From the NCBI GenBank assembly GCA_963756875.1, contig CAVWPA010000001.1, forward strand, positions 576,001-640,000: 64,000 nucleotides of DNA, written 5' to 3'. The translations under genes and the position numbers were made by a program. The notes beneath the pieces are model-generated. The model was not told the DNA's origin and did not search any database. It saw nothing but the letters and a program-made list of their open reading frames with translations. Source of the stretch: an uncultured Verrucomicrobiae bacterium. GTDB lineage: Bacteria > Verrucomicrobiota > Verrucomicrobiia > Chthoniobacterales > UBA10450. Position 1 is the first letter of the stretch. Every line of letters starts with the position of its first letter. Positions 1 through 10,338 of the stretch are shown here, piece by piece.

Positions 1-2
1 CT

Positions 3-3000
3 GACCCGCTCGGCGCTACCGAGAGAGTTGAGTATCGCGATAACGCGCCTGGAATTAGCGCTAGCGACCTTTCGGGGACGGTCCCATCAGGATTTACTAA
101 CTCCGGTCTCGATGTCGTTAACACCTTCTATTGGGACAAAAAGGCGTATTCATTCTATCCCGATTACACTAAGGCTAGAATTACGCACTGGACGCTAAAT
201 GCCGGTGGTTCGACATCAGGTATCGCGGCTAGCGAAAAGGCGCCACTCGAAAATCGTGTCTGGTATGCCTACACCGGCCAGTCGGACACAAATCACACGG
301 GCCCAAGCGGGAACCCGAACCAGGTAGCGCGTGTGCTTGATGATGGAAACACTCAGGTTCGGCAGTATGAGTACAACAGCATCGGCAAGATGACAAGGGC
401 GATCGATCCTGTTGGTCGTGTCACAAGTTTCGAATACGATGTAAACAACGTCGATTTGCTTGCTGTCTATCAAGAGAGGCCCGGTGGCAGTAGCGTCGAT
501 CCGTTCAACGCAGCGGCAGATCAAGTCGCTGCCTACTCGAGTTACGTTTTGCACAAGCCACAAGTGGTCACAGACGCGGCGGGGGAGACGACAAACTACG
601 TGTATAACTGGTACGGTCAGACCCAGAGCGTCACGAATCCTAGGAATGAAACTACGACTTACGGGTACGGCGATGGCAGTCAGAACCATCCAATCGGCTA
701 TCTGACCTCGATCACGAGTCCGAGTTTTAACAACGCCTCGGCAGTGACAACGTTCGATTACGACCAAGCCAATCGGATTCGGACCGTCACAAGCAATCCC
801 GACGGATACTACACGGTCACTGATTACGACAATCTCGATCGGCCGACGCAAATCACATATCCGGACGGAACAAATCAGCAGTTCCAATACTCACAGGATT
901 TTGGCCAAGGACAGACAACGATCCTGGATCTGACCGTCAGCACAGATCGCCGCGGCCGTCCGACGACGCGTCATTAGAATAGGAATCGTCAAATGGATTC
1001 GATCACCGATCCGTTGATGCGCACGACTCATTACAACTGGTGCAATTGCGGGGCACTTGAGTCTATTGTGGATGCAAATACCCACACGACGACATTCAAC
1101 CGTGACTTGGAAAGTCGCGTCTACCAGAAGGTCTTCGATGACCACACCGCGATTAACTATGTGTATGAGAATACAATGAGCCGTCTCAAATCGATGACTG
1201 ACGCACTCGGCCAGACCACGAACTACCAGTATGGTGTCGACGACAACCTGCTGCAGGTCAGCTACACAAACGTGGTCTATGACCATCCAAATGTCAGCTT
1301 TACATTCGATCCTAATTACAATCGTCTCAAGCAGATGGTGGACGAAACCGGTACCGCCGAGTACGACTATTATCCAGTCGATCCGGGCGCGAACCTGCCT
1401 GCGTTCGCCAATCGGCTCAAAAGCGAGTCCAATTCACACAGCACCATCATATACGGATACGATGAGCTTGGACGGACGGTAAGCCAGTCAGTTGATGGCG
1501 TTGCTTCGAGCGTCAGTTATGACTCCTTGGGCAGGCTGAGCACCAGCGATAATCAACTCGGCCACTTTAGCAGGATCTACGACCTTGATGTCACTCCGCG
1601 CCTGAAAACGCTTACGTACCCGAATGGCCAGACCAGTAATTACGACTATTTCGACAAATTGCACGACATGCGTTTGCAAACGCTGCAAAACCTCGATCCA
1701 AATTTGGCCAATCTTTCCAAGTTTGATTACACATACGATCCCGAGGGCGAGATTCTAACCTGGCAAAAGCAATTTGGCACGTCCGATGCGGTCCAGTGGG
1801 CCAACGGAAACAATCCGATGAACGATCTGGCCGATCAGTTGACGAATGTCACCGAAAAAGACACCGTCACGCAAGCTACGCTGAACAGCTACGTGTATGG
1901 GTACGATGCGAATGGAAATCGCACCAGCGACGCACTAGGGAGCCACACGTTTAACGATGTAAACCAAACCCATGACACTGGTTATACGTATGACGCCGCC
2001 GGGCATCTAACGTCTGATGGCACGTTCAATTACAGATGGGATGCAGCCAATAGGTTGCGGCTCATCGAGAGCATTCTCCCTGCAGGCGGCCAGCAACAGT
2101 CCATGCAAGATTTGGCAGGTATGTCGAAGCTTGCGGGACCATTGGCAGGCAGAGGCGGCGGCGGAGGGATTGGAGGCTGGACGACATATTATCGCAGCAC
2201 CTTTACGTATGACGGCTTGGGTCGACGTGTCCGTATTGAGGAGGCGCAAGCGAGCACTGATGATCTCGGGAACGTGGGATCTTTTACCACGACAAGCGAT
2301 TGCACCTATGTGTGGAGCGGAAACACGATGGCGGAAGCGAGGCTTACTGCCGATAACAGCGTCGTGAGACGCTATTTCAGTGAAGGGATGCAGAAGCTCG
2401 GTTCCGTCCTGGTTAACGGCCAATGGGTGGTGGAACTGATCCCGTATTATTACACGCGCGACCATTTGGGCAGCATCCGGGAAGTGACCGATGCCACGGG
2501 AGCCGTCAGCACCCGTTATGACTACGACCCGTTTGGGAAACCAAGCTGGCTGGTCACGGGCAATGATGCCGATTTCGGTTTCACAGGCTATTTTCGTCAC
2601 GCCCGTAGTGGCCTTTATCTATCGCTCTACCGCGTCTACGATCCTGTTCATGGCAGATGGATTAGCCGAGATCCTCTAGAGAATGCCGAAATGAGTCAGG
2701 GGCCGAATTTATATTCATATGTCACCAACGATCCCGTGAACGGAGTAGATTTACTTGGACTTTACGTTTGGTCCGCTGCCGAAACAAAAGCCCGATTCAT
2801 CGATCCAGCGATCAGGGATGCTACGGCGGGACCAATCGAAGGCTTGCTTAACATCTTCAATCACAGTCATAAGAATGGCGATTTCGATTTCGGGTCACTA
2901 TCCTTCTATAACGGAGATACGTTCTGCGTCGATGGCATCCCTTACGGACCGTACAGAATTTGGCAACTACATTGCGGGACTTGAAACAGAGGCATATGAC

Positions 3001-3203
3001 CACAATGTATTTTCTCCATTTCTGCAGTCCCTGCCGCCTATCTCGCTGGCATCTATTATCATGTAAGAGGGGAAACTGCATCGCCCGAGGACAAAATAGA
3101 TGCCACTGGGCGCCCGGCTATCACCGCAGGGGTTAGGGCATACGGATATTTCGGAAACACATGGGGCTTGGTATCAAGAGTCTACTTCTTTAAGTGGTGG
3201 TGA
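3..3203 (+). pseudogene. RHS/YD-repeat polymorphic toxin, 5'-truncated by window edge; interrupted as assembled (in-frame TAG 975-977, compensating +1/-1 indels near 2952 and 3020)
   Basis: Frame is open from base 3. ORFs 333..977 and 993..2984 are in the same frame. YD repeats and an RHS core (YYTRDHLGSIRE...YDPFG...GRWISRDP...NDPVNGVDLLG) are followed by a variable C-terminal domain. Confidence 0.9.
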
Positions 3204-3270
3204 CAACGATTGACATCAAAGAAATTATTTCGACGCGTTCTGGTAGGAGTTTTCCTCCTCGGTATCGCTT

Positions 3271-3822
3271 TTGAGTCGTCTTGGGTCATCGGTCAACTTG
3301 CGACTGGCGATGTCTGGACATTGTAATTGGATTTTTCGCAACCTGCATATTTGGTCTTTGCCGGTTACATTAGTTATCGGCCTGATCTCGTGGCGGAAGA
3401 TTTCTCGCTACTGGATGATGCCGTCTCTGGTGTGTTTTGGCTTTCTAGTTCTACTCGCGTATAACTACCGGCTCGCATGGGCTTGTGACGACCTTGCGTT
3501 TAGAGTGCAGCTCGCCAGCTACCAAGCGGTTACCGCAGAAGTAGCGTCCGGCAGGATTCAGACGACGAGCGGCCTGTCTCCCGTAACGCTGCCTTCCAAG
3601 TATCACTTGTGGCGCTGCAAAGCCGTTAACGCGGCGAGATGTGATAATGGAGATGTATTAATAGAGTTCTTCCTAAACGTGAAAGGGCGAGTCAGGTCCG
3701 GATACGTTTACGAGAATCATCCAGGTTCCGTAGGGTGCATAGAACAGAATGATTTGCCAGAGAACCGTTTTCGACTTCGGCAAGTTGCGCCGGGATGGTA
3801 TTTCTTTATCGGGGGGCCTTAG
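3271..3822 (+). CDS. Putative membrane-anchored immunity protein; true start may be near 3210 with a frameshift
   Basis: Lies directly after the RHS C-terminus and has hydrophobic N-terminal helices. An upstream frame reads MTSKKLFRRVLVGVFLLGIAF. Confidence 0.5.
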   Translation: MSRLGSSVNLRLAMSGHCNWIFRNLHIWSLPVTLVIGLISWRKISRYWMMPSLVCFGFLVLLAYNYRLAWACDDLAFRVQLASYQAVTAEVASGRIQTTSGLSPVTLPSKYHLWRCKAVNAARCDNGDVLIEFFLNVKGRVRSGYVYENHPGSVGCIEQNDLPENRFRLRQVAPGWYFFIGGP

Positions 3823-4057
3823 GTTTTTCGACGAATCAGAGGAAGATACGGGTCAGGTCTCAATAAAGAAGATAGCGGAAGATGCGGGCAGTCTACGGTT
3901 GCATTGATTTGACGGACAGTGGGCTTGGGATCAAAAATCAGAAGGAAGCCCACATGAAAACATAGTTAACGAAATCCAGCTGTGGAGGGAGGGTAAGATG
4001 CTGAAACGTTTCGGCAGCGCCAACGAGCAGTGCCGAAGCCATCGGCTTTGCCAGGGG

Positions 4058-4751
4058 CTACGACGCGAGGGTCGCGTATTGAATCGGGTCGGTTGTGCCC
4101 ACTTCGCGAAAACCTTTCAGTCGCAACTGGCAGGCATCGCATTCGCCGCAGGCAATGCCTTCCGGCGTTGGATCGTAACAACTTTGTGTCAACGAAAGAT
4201 CGACATGAAGCTCGAGTGCCTTGCGGATAATATCCGCTTTCGAACAGTTTGATCAGCGGCGCGTGAATTTGGAATCGCGCGCCCTCGATGCCTGCTTTCG
4301 TCCCGATGTTGGCCAGTGTTTCGAACAAAACGATGAATTCCGGGCGGCAATCGGGGTATCCGCTGTAGTCGAGCGCGTTTACACCGAGAAAAATGTGGCC
4401 CGCGGGGATCGTTTCCGCCCAGGCCAGCGAATGGGCCAGAAAAATCGTGTTACGCGCTGGAACATAAGTAACAGGAATTCCCGCACCGATTTCCTTTTCC
4501 GATCGCTTCTTAGGAACATCGACGTCATTGGTGAGCGCCGATCCGCGAAAGATGCTGTGGTCGACCTTCACGATACGGTGTTCCTTTGCGCCTAACGAAT
4601 CGGCGACTCGTCGCGCGGCTTCCAACTCGGAGCGGTGGCGTTGCCCGTAATCGAACGAAAGCGCATAAGTTTCGTAGCCTTGCGCTTTCGCAATTGCGAG
4701 CGTTGTCGCCGAATCCATTCCGCCGCTTAGAAGGACAACCGCGTGCTTCAT
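4058..4751 (-). pseudogene. queC: 7-cyano-7-deazaguanine synthase QueC, one frameshift near 4245 as assembled (probably an error)
   Basis: [14 protein letters not shown] and [11 protein letters not shown] motifs. The Zn-binding end (SCYDP...[10 protein letters not shown]) is in the shifted frame, ending at TAG 4058-4060. Confidence 0.93.
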
Positions 4752-4774
4752 CTTTTTGTGACGCAATTACGGAC

Positions 4775-5218
4775 TCATCGGCCGTCGCGGCCGGATTTCT
4801 GCCGCTTCTCGCCCGAATATTCCGCGCGAACCGTCAACGTAATCCCGCCGCGTGCCGAAAATTGTGCGGTCACGATCGCCTCACGGGGCGTGCAAGCCTT
4901 TACGAAATCGTCGAGAATGCGGTTGGTGACCGCTTCGTTGAACGCGCGTTCGTTCCGGTATGATGCGAGATAGAATTTGAGGGACTTGCTTTCGACGCAA
5001 AGCCGGTCGGGCAGGTAGTCGATCTCGATCCGCGCGAAATCGGCCTGACCGGTCACCGGACAGAGCGAGGTGAAATCGTCGGTTTCAAAATGAATGCGGT
5101 ACCTGCGTAGAGCGGGGTTCGGAAACGTTTCAAGCGTGGCTTTCGCGGGCGAAGCCGGGATTTTCGCCTCGCTTCGGCCCAGCAATGTCAGTCGCGTTGT
5201 TCGTTTTGGTTTCGCCAC
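4775..5218 (-). CDS. queF: NADPH-dependent preQ0 reductase QueF (type I)
   Basis: FTSLCPVTGQADF and ESKSLKFYL motifs; adjacent to queC. GTG start at 5218 is inferred. Confidence 0.93.
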   Translation of the reverse strand: MAKPKRTTRLTLLGRSEAKIPASPAKATLETFPNPALRRYRIHFETDDFTSLCPVTGQADFARIEIDYLPDRLCVESKSLKFYLASYRNERAFNEAVTNRILDDFVKACTPREAIVTAQFSARGGITLTVRAEYSGEKRQKSGRDGR

Positions 5219-5337
5219 AAAGCCAAGGTTACGACTCGCCAACAGAGCTTCAATCCGAAACATGGAGGGACGGTCCGAGCCGGACTGGCAGTAAACGGAG
5301 CGCGTCTCAAAAAATTGGGACACGACAGGAGATTTAC

Positions 5338-5385
5338 GATTACGATTACGAGCACGATTACGAGCACGAGCACGAGCAAGATTAA
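5338..5385. repeat. Hexamer tandem array (GATTAC/GAGCAC) x8
   Basis: GATTAC GATTAC GAGCAC GATTAC GAGCAC GAGCAC GAGCAA GATTAA. Confidence 0.9.
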
Positions 5386-5393
5386 GAGGAAGA

Positions 5394-6311
5394 TCAATCC
5401 GGGTGGCGCAGCATCGGATTATTCAATGCGCGCTCGCGGTCGCCGGGTTTGTTGTAATTCCAGTAATCGATTTTCAGGCTGTTCTTCAGTTTCAAATGCG
5501 AACCGTCCGCCATCTGCCATTCGCGCAACAGAAACGGGAAATCGCGATCCAGAACGAAATGGTCGGTTCCAGCGTCGTGCCGAACATCGACTTCGATGGT
5601 GTGCTCGCCGGTTTGGAAGCTCACTTTCGCAGGCTTGAAAACGATCCGGTCCTTCTTCGAATTGATCGTGGTCGGCGCGAGCTGGATTTCGAATTCGCCA
5701 TTTGGTTTCGAAAAATCGATCGTGCGCACGCGCAGTGGAAGTTCGTCGTAAAAAAAGGCGTTCGCGGGCAGCGCGACGTTTTCGTCCCCGTCTGCCATGC
5801 CGTCCCAATAGGTGTGAAAATCGTAGGCGAACTGTTCGTTCACCCGGCGCGCCTCCTTGAATGAGTTGCCGCAGCTATCATTGCTGGTGAGCGACCATTT
5901 CAAAAGTGCGCCATCGTCGGGCCGCCAAAAATTGGAATGCATCTGTTGAGATACGTAAACGCCGATCGGCACGTGCAGGACCTGATTCATCTTGATCACT
6001 TTGATCAGTCCCGGGCGTCTCCAATCGTCTGGTTTTACGAGCTGCTTGGGATCGAACGGTTCGCGCACGAGGATGTGCAGGACTTCGCAGTGACGGGGCG
6101 CTCCTTCGCGCACGATCTGCGCGTCGTAAAAATCGAATTCCGCCTTGCCGTCCCCCCAGTAGCTGTTGTTTTGCAGGAATGCGGGCGTGAACTGGGCTGA
6201 AGCGGTTGCGATTAAACCGAACGTGACTATTAATGCCGTCGCAGCGCCGGCCGGCCAACAAATCGACTTTCGGAGTTGAGCGTTGAATAATGAACGTTCA
6301 GCGTTAGGCAT
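5394..6311 (-). CDS. Exported hypothetical protein
   Basis: Signal-like segment ending ATASA-Q, then a globular domain (YWGDGKAEF...DYWNYN). Start trimmed to avoid overlap with the next gene. Confidence 0.7.
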   Translation of the reverse strand: MPNAERSLFNAQLRKSICWPAGAATALIVTFGLIATASAQFTPAFLQNNSYWGDGKAEFDFYDAQIVREGAPRHCEVLHILVREPFDPKQLVKPDDWRRPGLIKVIKMNQVLHVPIGVYVSQQMHSNFWRPDDGALLKWSLTSNDSCGNSFKEARRVNEQFAYDFHTYWDGMADGDENVALPANAFFYDELPLRVRTIDFSKPNGEFEIQLAPTTINSKKDRIVFKPAKVSFQTGEHTIEVDVRHDAGTDHFVLDRDFPFLLREWQMADGSHLKLKNSLKIDYWNYNKPGDRERALNNPMLRHPD

Positions 6312-6332
6312 CGACAATCGAATCTTCTTGCC

Positions 6333-6704
6333 GTGAGCCCAAAAGATCAATCTTCGAGTGAGGAAGGCCACAGTCGCGTTGGCGTGGTCGATATCATCGC
6401 GCACGACCCGAGAACCGATGAAGCTGTGCTGGTAATGAACGAGCCGTTGCCCTGGGACGATGACGAGCGGTTGTACGCATTACAGGAGCGTTTCAACGCG
6501 TACGTTTCGTTTTTGCTTGACGGTGAATTCGCTGAGTGGGACCCGCATTTGGCGCAAAAGCAGGTGCGGATCGAAGTGCGCTGCGCGCAGATGCCGGAGG
6601 GCCGCGCGCTCGATTTGCTGGCCAAGATTCACGACCAGCTCGCTCATCAGGAGATCAAGCTGGAGGTGGTGGTTCGCGATCAGAACTGTAGCGGCGGTCT
6701 ATGA
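6333..6704 (+). CDS. Hypothetical protein, DUF6572-like
   Basis: VVDIIAHD...PWD...LQERFNAYVSFLLDGE pattern. Confidence 0.65.
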   Translation: MSPKDQSSSEEGHSRVGVVDIIAHDPRTDEAVLVMNEPLPWDDDERLYALQERFNAYVSFLLDGEFAEWDPHLAQKQVRIEVRCAQMPEGRALDLLAKIHDQLAHQEIKLEVVVRDQNCSGGL

Positions 6705-6759
6705 CCGTCGCATGAAGGGCGTTGAATAATAATGCGACGCTCGCAGAGCGCCGCTACAG
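6686..6759. repeat. Inverted pair of GTAG-type REP palindromes (REPIN-like)
   Basis: CTGTAGCGGCGGTCTATGACCGTCGCAT and, on the reverse strand, CTGTAGCGGCGCTCTGCGAGCGTCGCAT. Confidence 0.8.
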
Positions 6760-6781
6760 GGGGACCCAAAAAATAAGGCCC

Positions 6782-7312
6782 TCAATATTTGAGGAACGAA
6801 ATCACGGGCGTCGGCGCGAGTTTTTTTTGACCGTGCAGGAATTCCAACTCGATCAGAAATTGCGCTTCGATCAATTGTCCGCCGACTTTTGCGATGAGCG
6901 CGGCGGCGGCAGCCGATGTTCCTCCGGTCGCAAGCAAATCGTCCACAAGCACGACTTGTTCGCCGGGAAGCATCGCGTCGATATGCATCTCCATTTCCGC
7001 TTCGCCGTACTCGAGCGAATACTTGGCGATCTCGGTTTTGTACGGCAGTTTCCCTCGCTTGCGGATGGGGACGAACCCGACTCCCAGTTCGTAAGCCACA
7101 GCCGACCCGAAAAGAAAGCCGCGCGCGTCGATTCCGACGATCTTGTCGATTTTTTTCCCGCTGCAGCGCCCCAGGAACAAATCGATCGAACCCCGAAACA
7201 GCGCCTGGTCGCTCAAAATCGGGGTGATGTCCTTGAAGATGATTCCCTTTTTCGGGAAATCTGGCACATCCCTGACGCCGGTGCGCAGTTTCTCTATCAT
7301 GGCGGAATCCAT
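6782..7312 (-). CDS. apt: Adenine phosphoribosyltransferase
   Basis: DFPKKGIIFKDIT, DARGF and VDDLLATGGT motifs. Confidence 0.97.
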   Translation of the reverse strand: MDSAMIEKLRTGVRDVPDFPKKGIIFKDITPILSDQALFRGSIDLFLGRCSGKKIDKIVGIDARGFLFGSAVAYELGVGFVPIRKRGKLPYKTEIAKYSLEYGEAEMEMHIDAMLPGEQVVLVDDLLATGGTSAAAAALIAKVGGQLIEAQFLIELEFLHGQKKLAPTPVISFLKY

Positions 7313-7413
7313 TGGCGCGATGCTAGCGGTGTCCGCCCAAACGTCAATTGCTCATCGAAGCCGCATTCAGGTTTGCCAAACTTTTCGCAGCCCGCTAATA
7401 TCAGGGGCCTCCG

Positions 7414-8202
7414 GTGGATCGAGATCTTCTCATTGTTTCGACAGTTTGTTTTTTCGCAGCGGTCGTTCGCACCGTTGTCGAACTGCGCGCGGGAGTGTTT
7501 CGCCCGATTCGGTTCAATTTTTTCGCGGTCGGGCTCGGCTTTATTCTTCAAACGGCGTTCCTCTCCATCCGCGGCCACGCTCTGGGGCGTTGTCCGCTGA
7601 CGAACCTTTTTGAAGTTTTCATTTTTCTGGCCTGGTCTGTCTCGTTGTTTTACATGCTCGTAGGTCCTACCTATCGCCTGTCGCTCATGGGAGCTTTCAC
7701 CGCGCCGTTGGTTGTTTTGCTTCAAGGGTTTGCGCTGATTGCGCCCATCGATCGAACGCACACCGGGAAATTGCTCGCGAACCCCTGGCTGGAGTTTCAT
7801 GCGTCGATTTCGCTGATCGCGTATGGTGCGTTTGCGCTCGCCTGCATCGCGAGCGTCATGTATCTCGTGCAGGAGCGTCAGCTCAAGACTCACCAGTTGC
7901 GCTCGATTTTTTATCATCTCCCGCCGTTGCCGGATCTTTTCGCGGCGATTACGCGATTGCTTTGGTGGGGTTTTGGCCTTTACACGGTGGGGCTTGTCAG
8001 CGGCTTTTTTGTCGGTCAACCGTTGCCGTGGGTGCAAATTATCTGTGCTCTCGGTGTCTGGCTGCTTTATGCCGGGATTTTGCAGGGCCGGTATCTTCGA
8101 CGGCTTGCGCCGAAACGGGTGGCCGCGCTGTGCATTGTGGGATTTAGCGCTGCGCTTACACTTCTTTGGGGGATCACGTTCACGACGCGAATGGTGCCAT
8201 GA
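7414..8202 (+). CDS. Cytochrome c assembly (CcsA/HemX-like) membrane protein
   Basis: Multi-TM protein with WLEFH, QERQLK and LPPL motifs; overlaps the hemA start. Confidence 0.85.
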   Translation: MDRDLLIVSTVCFFAAVVRTVVELRAGVFRPIRFNFFAVGLGFILQTAFLSIRGHALGRCPLTNLFEVFIFLAWSVSLFYMLVGPTYRLSLMGAFTAPLVVLLQGFALIAPIDRTHTGKLLANPWLEFHASISLIAYGAFALACIASVMYLVQERQLKTHQLRSIFYHLPPLPDLFAAITRLLWWGFGLYTVGLVSGFFVGQPLPWVQIICALGVWLLYAGILQGRYLRRLAPKRVAALCIVGFSAALTLLWGITFTTRMVP

Positions 8203-9269
8203 ATTTTTTTTGTGTCGGGCTGAGCCATCACACCACCAGCGTCGAGACCCGCGAACGCTTCGCCGGCCATGCAGAGACCGATTGCGTCTTGCGTCGCTCC
8301 GGGTGTGCGGAAGCACTGCTGCTGAGTACGTGCAATCGCGTGGAAGTTTACGGCGCCGCCGAAACGCGCGTTCCGACGGAAGAAATCGCGCGGTGTCTGG
8401 CGCGGAGCATCGATGTGCAGCTTAACGAGGAGCTGTCCGGGTTTTATCGCCGCGAAAATACCGATTGCGCCCAGCACCTGTTCCGAGTCGCGTCGGGACT
8501 CGATTCGATGGTTGTCGGTGAAACGGAGATTCTTGGTCAGGCTAAAAGAGCATACGAAGCGGCGCGTGCTTCGGGCGCGGCCGGGCCGTATCTGCATCGC
8601 TTGTTTCAACGCGCATTTCGCGTGGCGAAACATGTGAGAACCCACACAGAAATTACGCGGGGGTCGGTGTCGGTCGGTTCCGTGGCGGTCGATCTTGCCG
8701 GAAAAATTTTCGGAAATCTTTCGGGCTGCAAAGTCCTTTTACTGGGGGCGGGTGAAACGAGCGAACGCACAGCGCGCGCGCTCGCTTCGCGCGGTGTTTG
8801 CGATCTTCGTGTGAGCAATCGATCGAGCGAGCGCGCGGAAAATCTCGCCCGGATTGTTGGTGGTCGCGCCGTTGCGTTTAGCGGGTGGCGCGATCAATGC
8901 CGGGAGATCGACATCTTGCTTACCTCGACATCTTCTGAAGTGCCGCTTCTTGTGCGCGAGAGTCTCGAGCCAATCCTGCGCGACCGGGCCGATCGTCCGC
9001 TTTTCATTATCGATATTGCCGTGCCTCGCGATGTCGATTCAAACGTGGACGAACTGGAGGGTGTTTATCTTTATGACATCGACTCGCTGCAGGCGATTGC
9101 CGAACAATCGCTGGCTCAGCGCCGGCAACAGGTTGCGGCAGCGGAAGCAATTATTGCCGAGCACGTCGTTGAGTTTGAGGAATCGATTACGCGTGGATTG
9201 AACCGCCAGGCTCGCAATGAAACGCGCCCTGCTGTGGGCGAGGCGTCGCTGCCAGCACCCGAGCTTTAG
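8199..9269 (+). CDS. hemA: Glutamyl-tRNA reductase
   Basis: STCNRVE, GLDSMVVGETEILGQ and DIAVPRD motifs. Confidence 0.97.
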   Translation: MNFFCVGLSHHTTSVETRERFAGHAETDCVLRRSGCAEALLLSTCNRVEVYGAAETRVPTEEIARCLARSIDVQLNEELSGFYRRENTDCAQHLFRVASGLDSMVVGETEILGQAKRAYEAARASGAAGPYLHRLFQRAFRVAKHVRTHTEITRGSVSVGSVAVDLAGKIFGNLSGCKVLLLGAGETSERTARALASRGVCDLRVSNRSSERAENLARIVGGRAVAFSGWRDQCREIDILLTSTSSEVPLLVRESLEPILRDRADRPLFIIDIAVPRDVDSNVDELEGVYLYDIDSLQAIAEQSLAQRRQQVAAAEAIIAEHVVEFEESITRGLNRQARNETRPAVGEASLPAPEL

Positions 9270-9331
9270 CGGCGCTCTATGGGCGCTGGAATCTTGTTGG
9301 TCCCGCGGGTCAGCAACAACGGGCCGTCGCG

Positions 9332-10297
9332 ATGAAAACAAAAGCGATGGAAAACGCCCGCGACGGGAAAATCGTAATCGGAACTCGCGGCAGCGATCTG
9401 GCCCGGAGCCAGACCAGGATGGTTGCGGACGAGTTGTTTGCGAAACAGTCTGGCCTCGGGCTTGAAATCAAGATCATTCGAACGAGGGGCGATGAAAGTC
9501 GCGCCGGCTCACTCCTTGTCATCGCGAACGCGCGCGCCGGGCGCAAAGGATTGTTTACGCAAGAGATCGAGCGCGCATTAATCGATGGCGAAATCGATCT
9601 TGCCGTGCACAGCGCAAAGGATTTGCCGAGCGAACTGGCCGCGGGCACGGAAATCGTGGCGGTTCTGCCGCGCGCCTCTGTCGAGGATGTATTGGTTGCG
9701 ACCGCGCCGTGCGATCTTCAGTCTCTGCCGCCGGACGGAATCATCGCGACCGGCAGCGTCCGGCGGAAACATCAATTGCATTGGAAGCGTCCGGACCTCG
9801 AGATTGTGGATCTTTACGGGAATGTGCCTACTCGGCTGCGCAAGCTCGCCCAGGACCAGTGGCACGGGATCATTCTGGCGCGCGCGGGGCTGGAGCGTCT
9901 TGGCCTGAGTTTGGCGGAAAAGCGCATTCGTTTTGAGAAACACGAATTTTCGGGTGAAGTGCTGCCACGCGAGGTTTTTTTGCCGGCCGGCGGCCAGGGC
10001 GTTATTGCGGTCCAGGGACGCAGCTCGGATAGTCGATTGAAAAAACTAGTCGAGCAGATAAATCATTTTGCGACGCGGGTATGCTTGCGAGCGGAACGCG
10101 AGTTTCTCCGGTTGTTGCACGCCGATTGCAATCAACCGGTAGGGGTTCTGGCCAGAATGGACGGAACGATGATGACCATGAGCGGCCAGATTTTTGATCC
10201 GGGAGCGACCACGCCGCACGAGGCAACCGTCCATGGCCCGGGCGAGCAAGCCGAACAGCTGGCGAAAATGCTGATGCAACAAATTCATGGCAAATAG
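9332..10297 (+). CDS. hemC: Hydroxymethylbilane synthase
   Basis: GTRGSDLA, KGLFTQEIE, AVHSAKDLP and GNVPTRL motifs. Confidence 0.96.
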   Translation: MKTKAMENARDGKIVIGTRGSDLARSQTRMVADELFAKQSGLGLEIKIIRTRGDESRAGSLLVIANARAGRKGLFTQEIERALIDGEIDLAVHSAKDLPSELAAGTEIVAVLPRASVEDVLVATAPCDLQSLPPDGIIATGSVRRKHQLHWKRPDLEIVDLYGNVPTRLRKLAQDQWHGIILARAGLERLGLSLAEKRIRFEKHEFSGEVLPREVFLPAGGQGVIAVQGRSSDSRLKKLVEQINHFATRVCLRAEREFLRLLHADCNQPVGVLARMDGTMMTMSGQIFDPGATTPHEATVHGPGEQAEQLAKMLMQQIHGK

Positions 10298-10302
10298 GAA
10301 TC

Positions 10303-10338
10303 GATTAAGAGCACGAGCATGAGCACGAGTAAGAACAA
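10303..10338. repeat. Hexamer array overlapping the cobA start codon
   Basis: GATTAA GAGCAC GAGCAT GAGCAC GAGTAA GAACAA; same family as 5338-5385. Confidence 0.75.

Noticed and set aside
975..977. TAG recoding (pyrrolysine or alternative genetic code)
   Set aside because: TAG is a normal stop in conserved genes here (rpsJ, rpsQ, rpsH, rplR, rpsD)
3823..4057. Hairpins after the immunity candidate (GTGGGCTT...AAGCCCAC and others) as an IS end or ncRNA
   Set aside because: Single copy with no transposase or target duplication; not enough support to call
4775..5330. preQ1 riboswitch upstream of queF-queC
   Set aside because: No recognisable preQ1 aptamer consensus by eye; an Infernal search would be needed
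5338..5385. CRISPR array
   Set aside because: Contiguous hexamers with no spacers, and no cas genes
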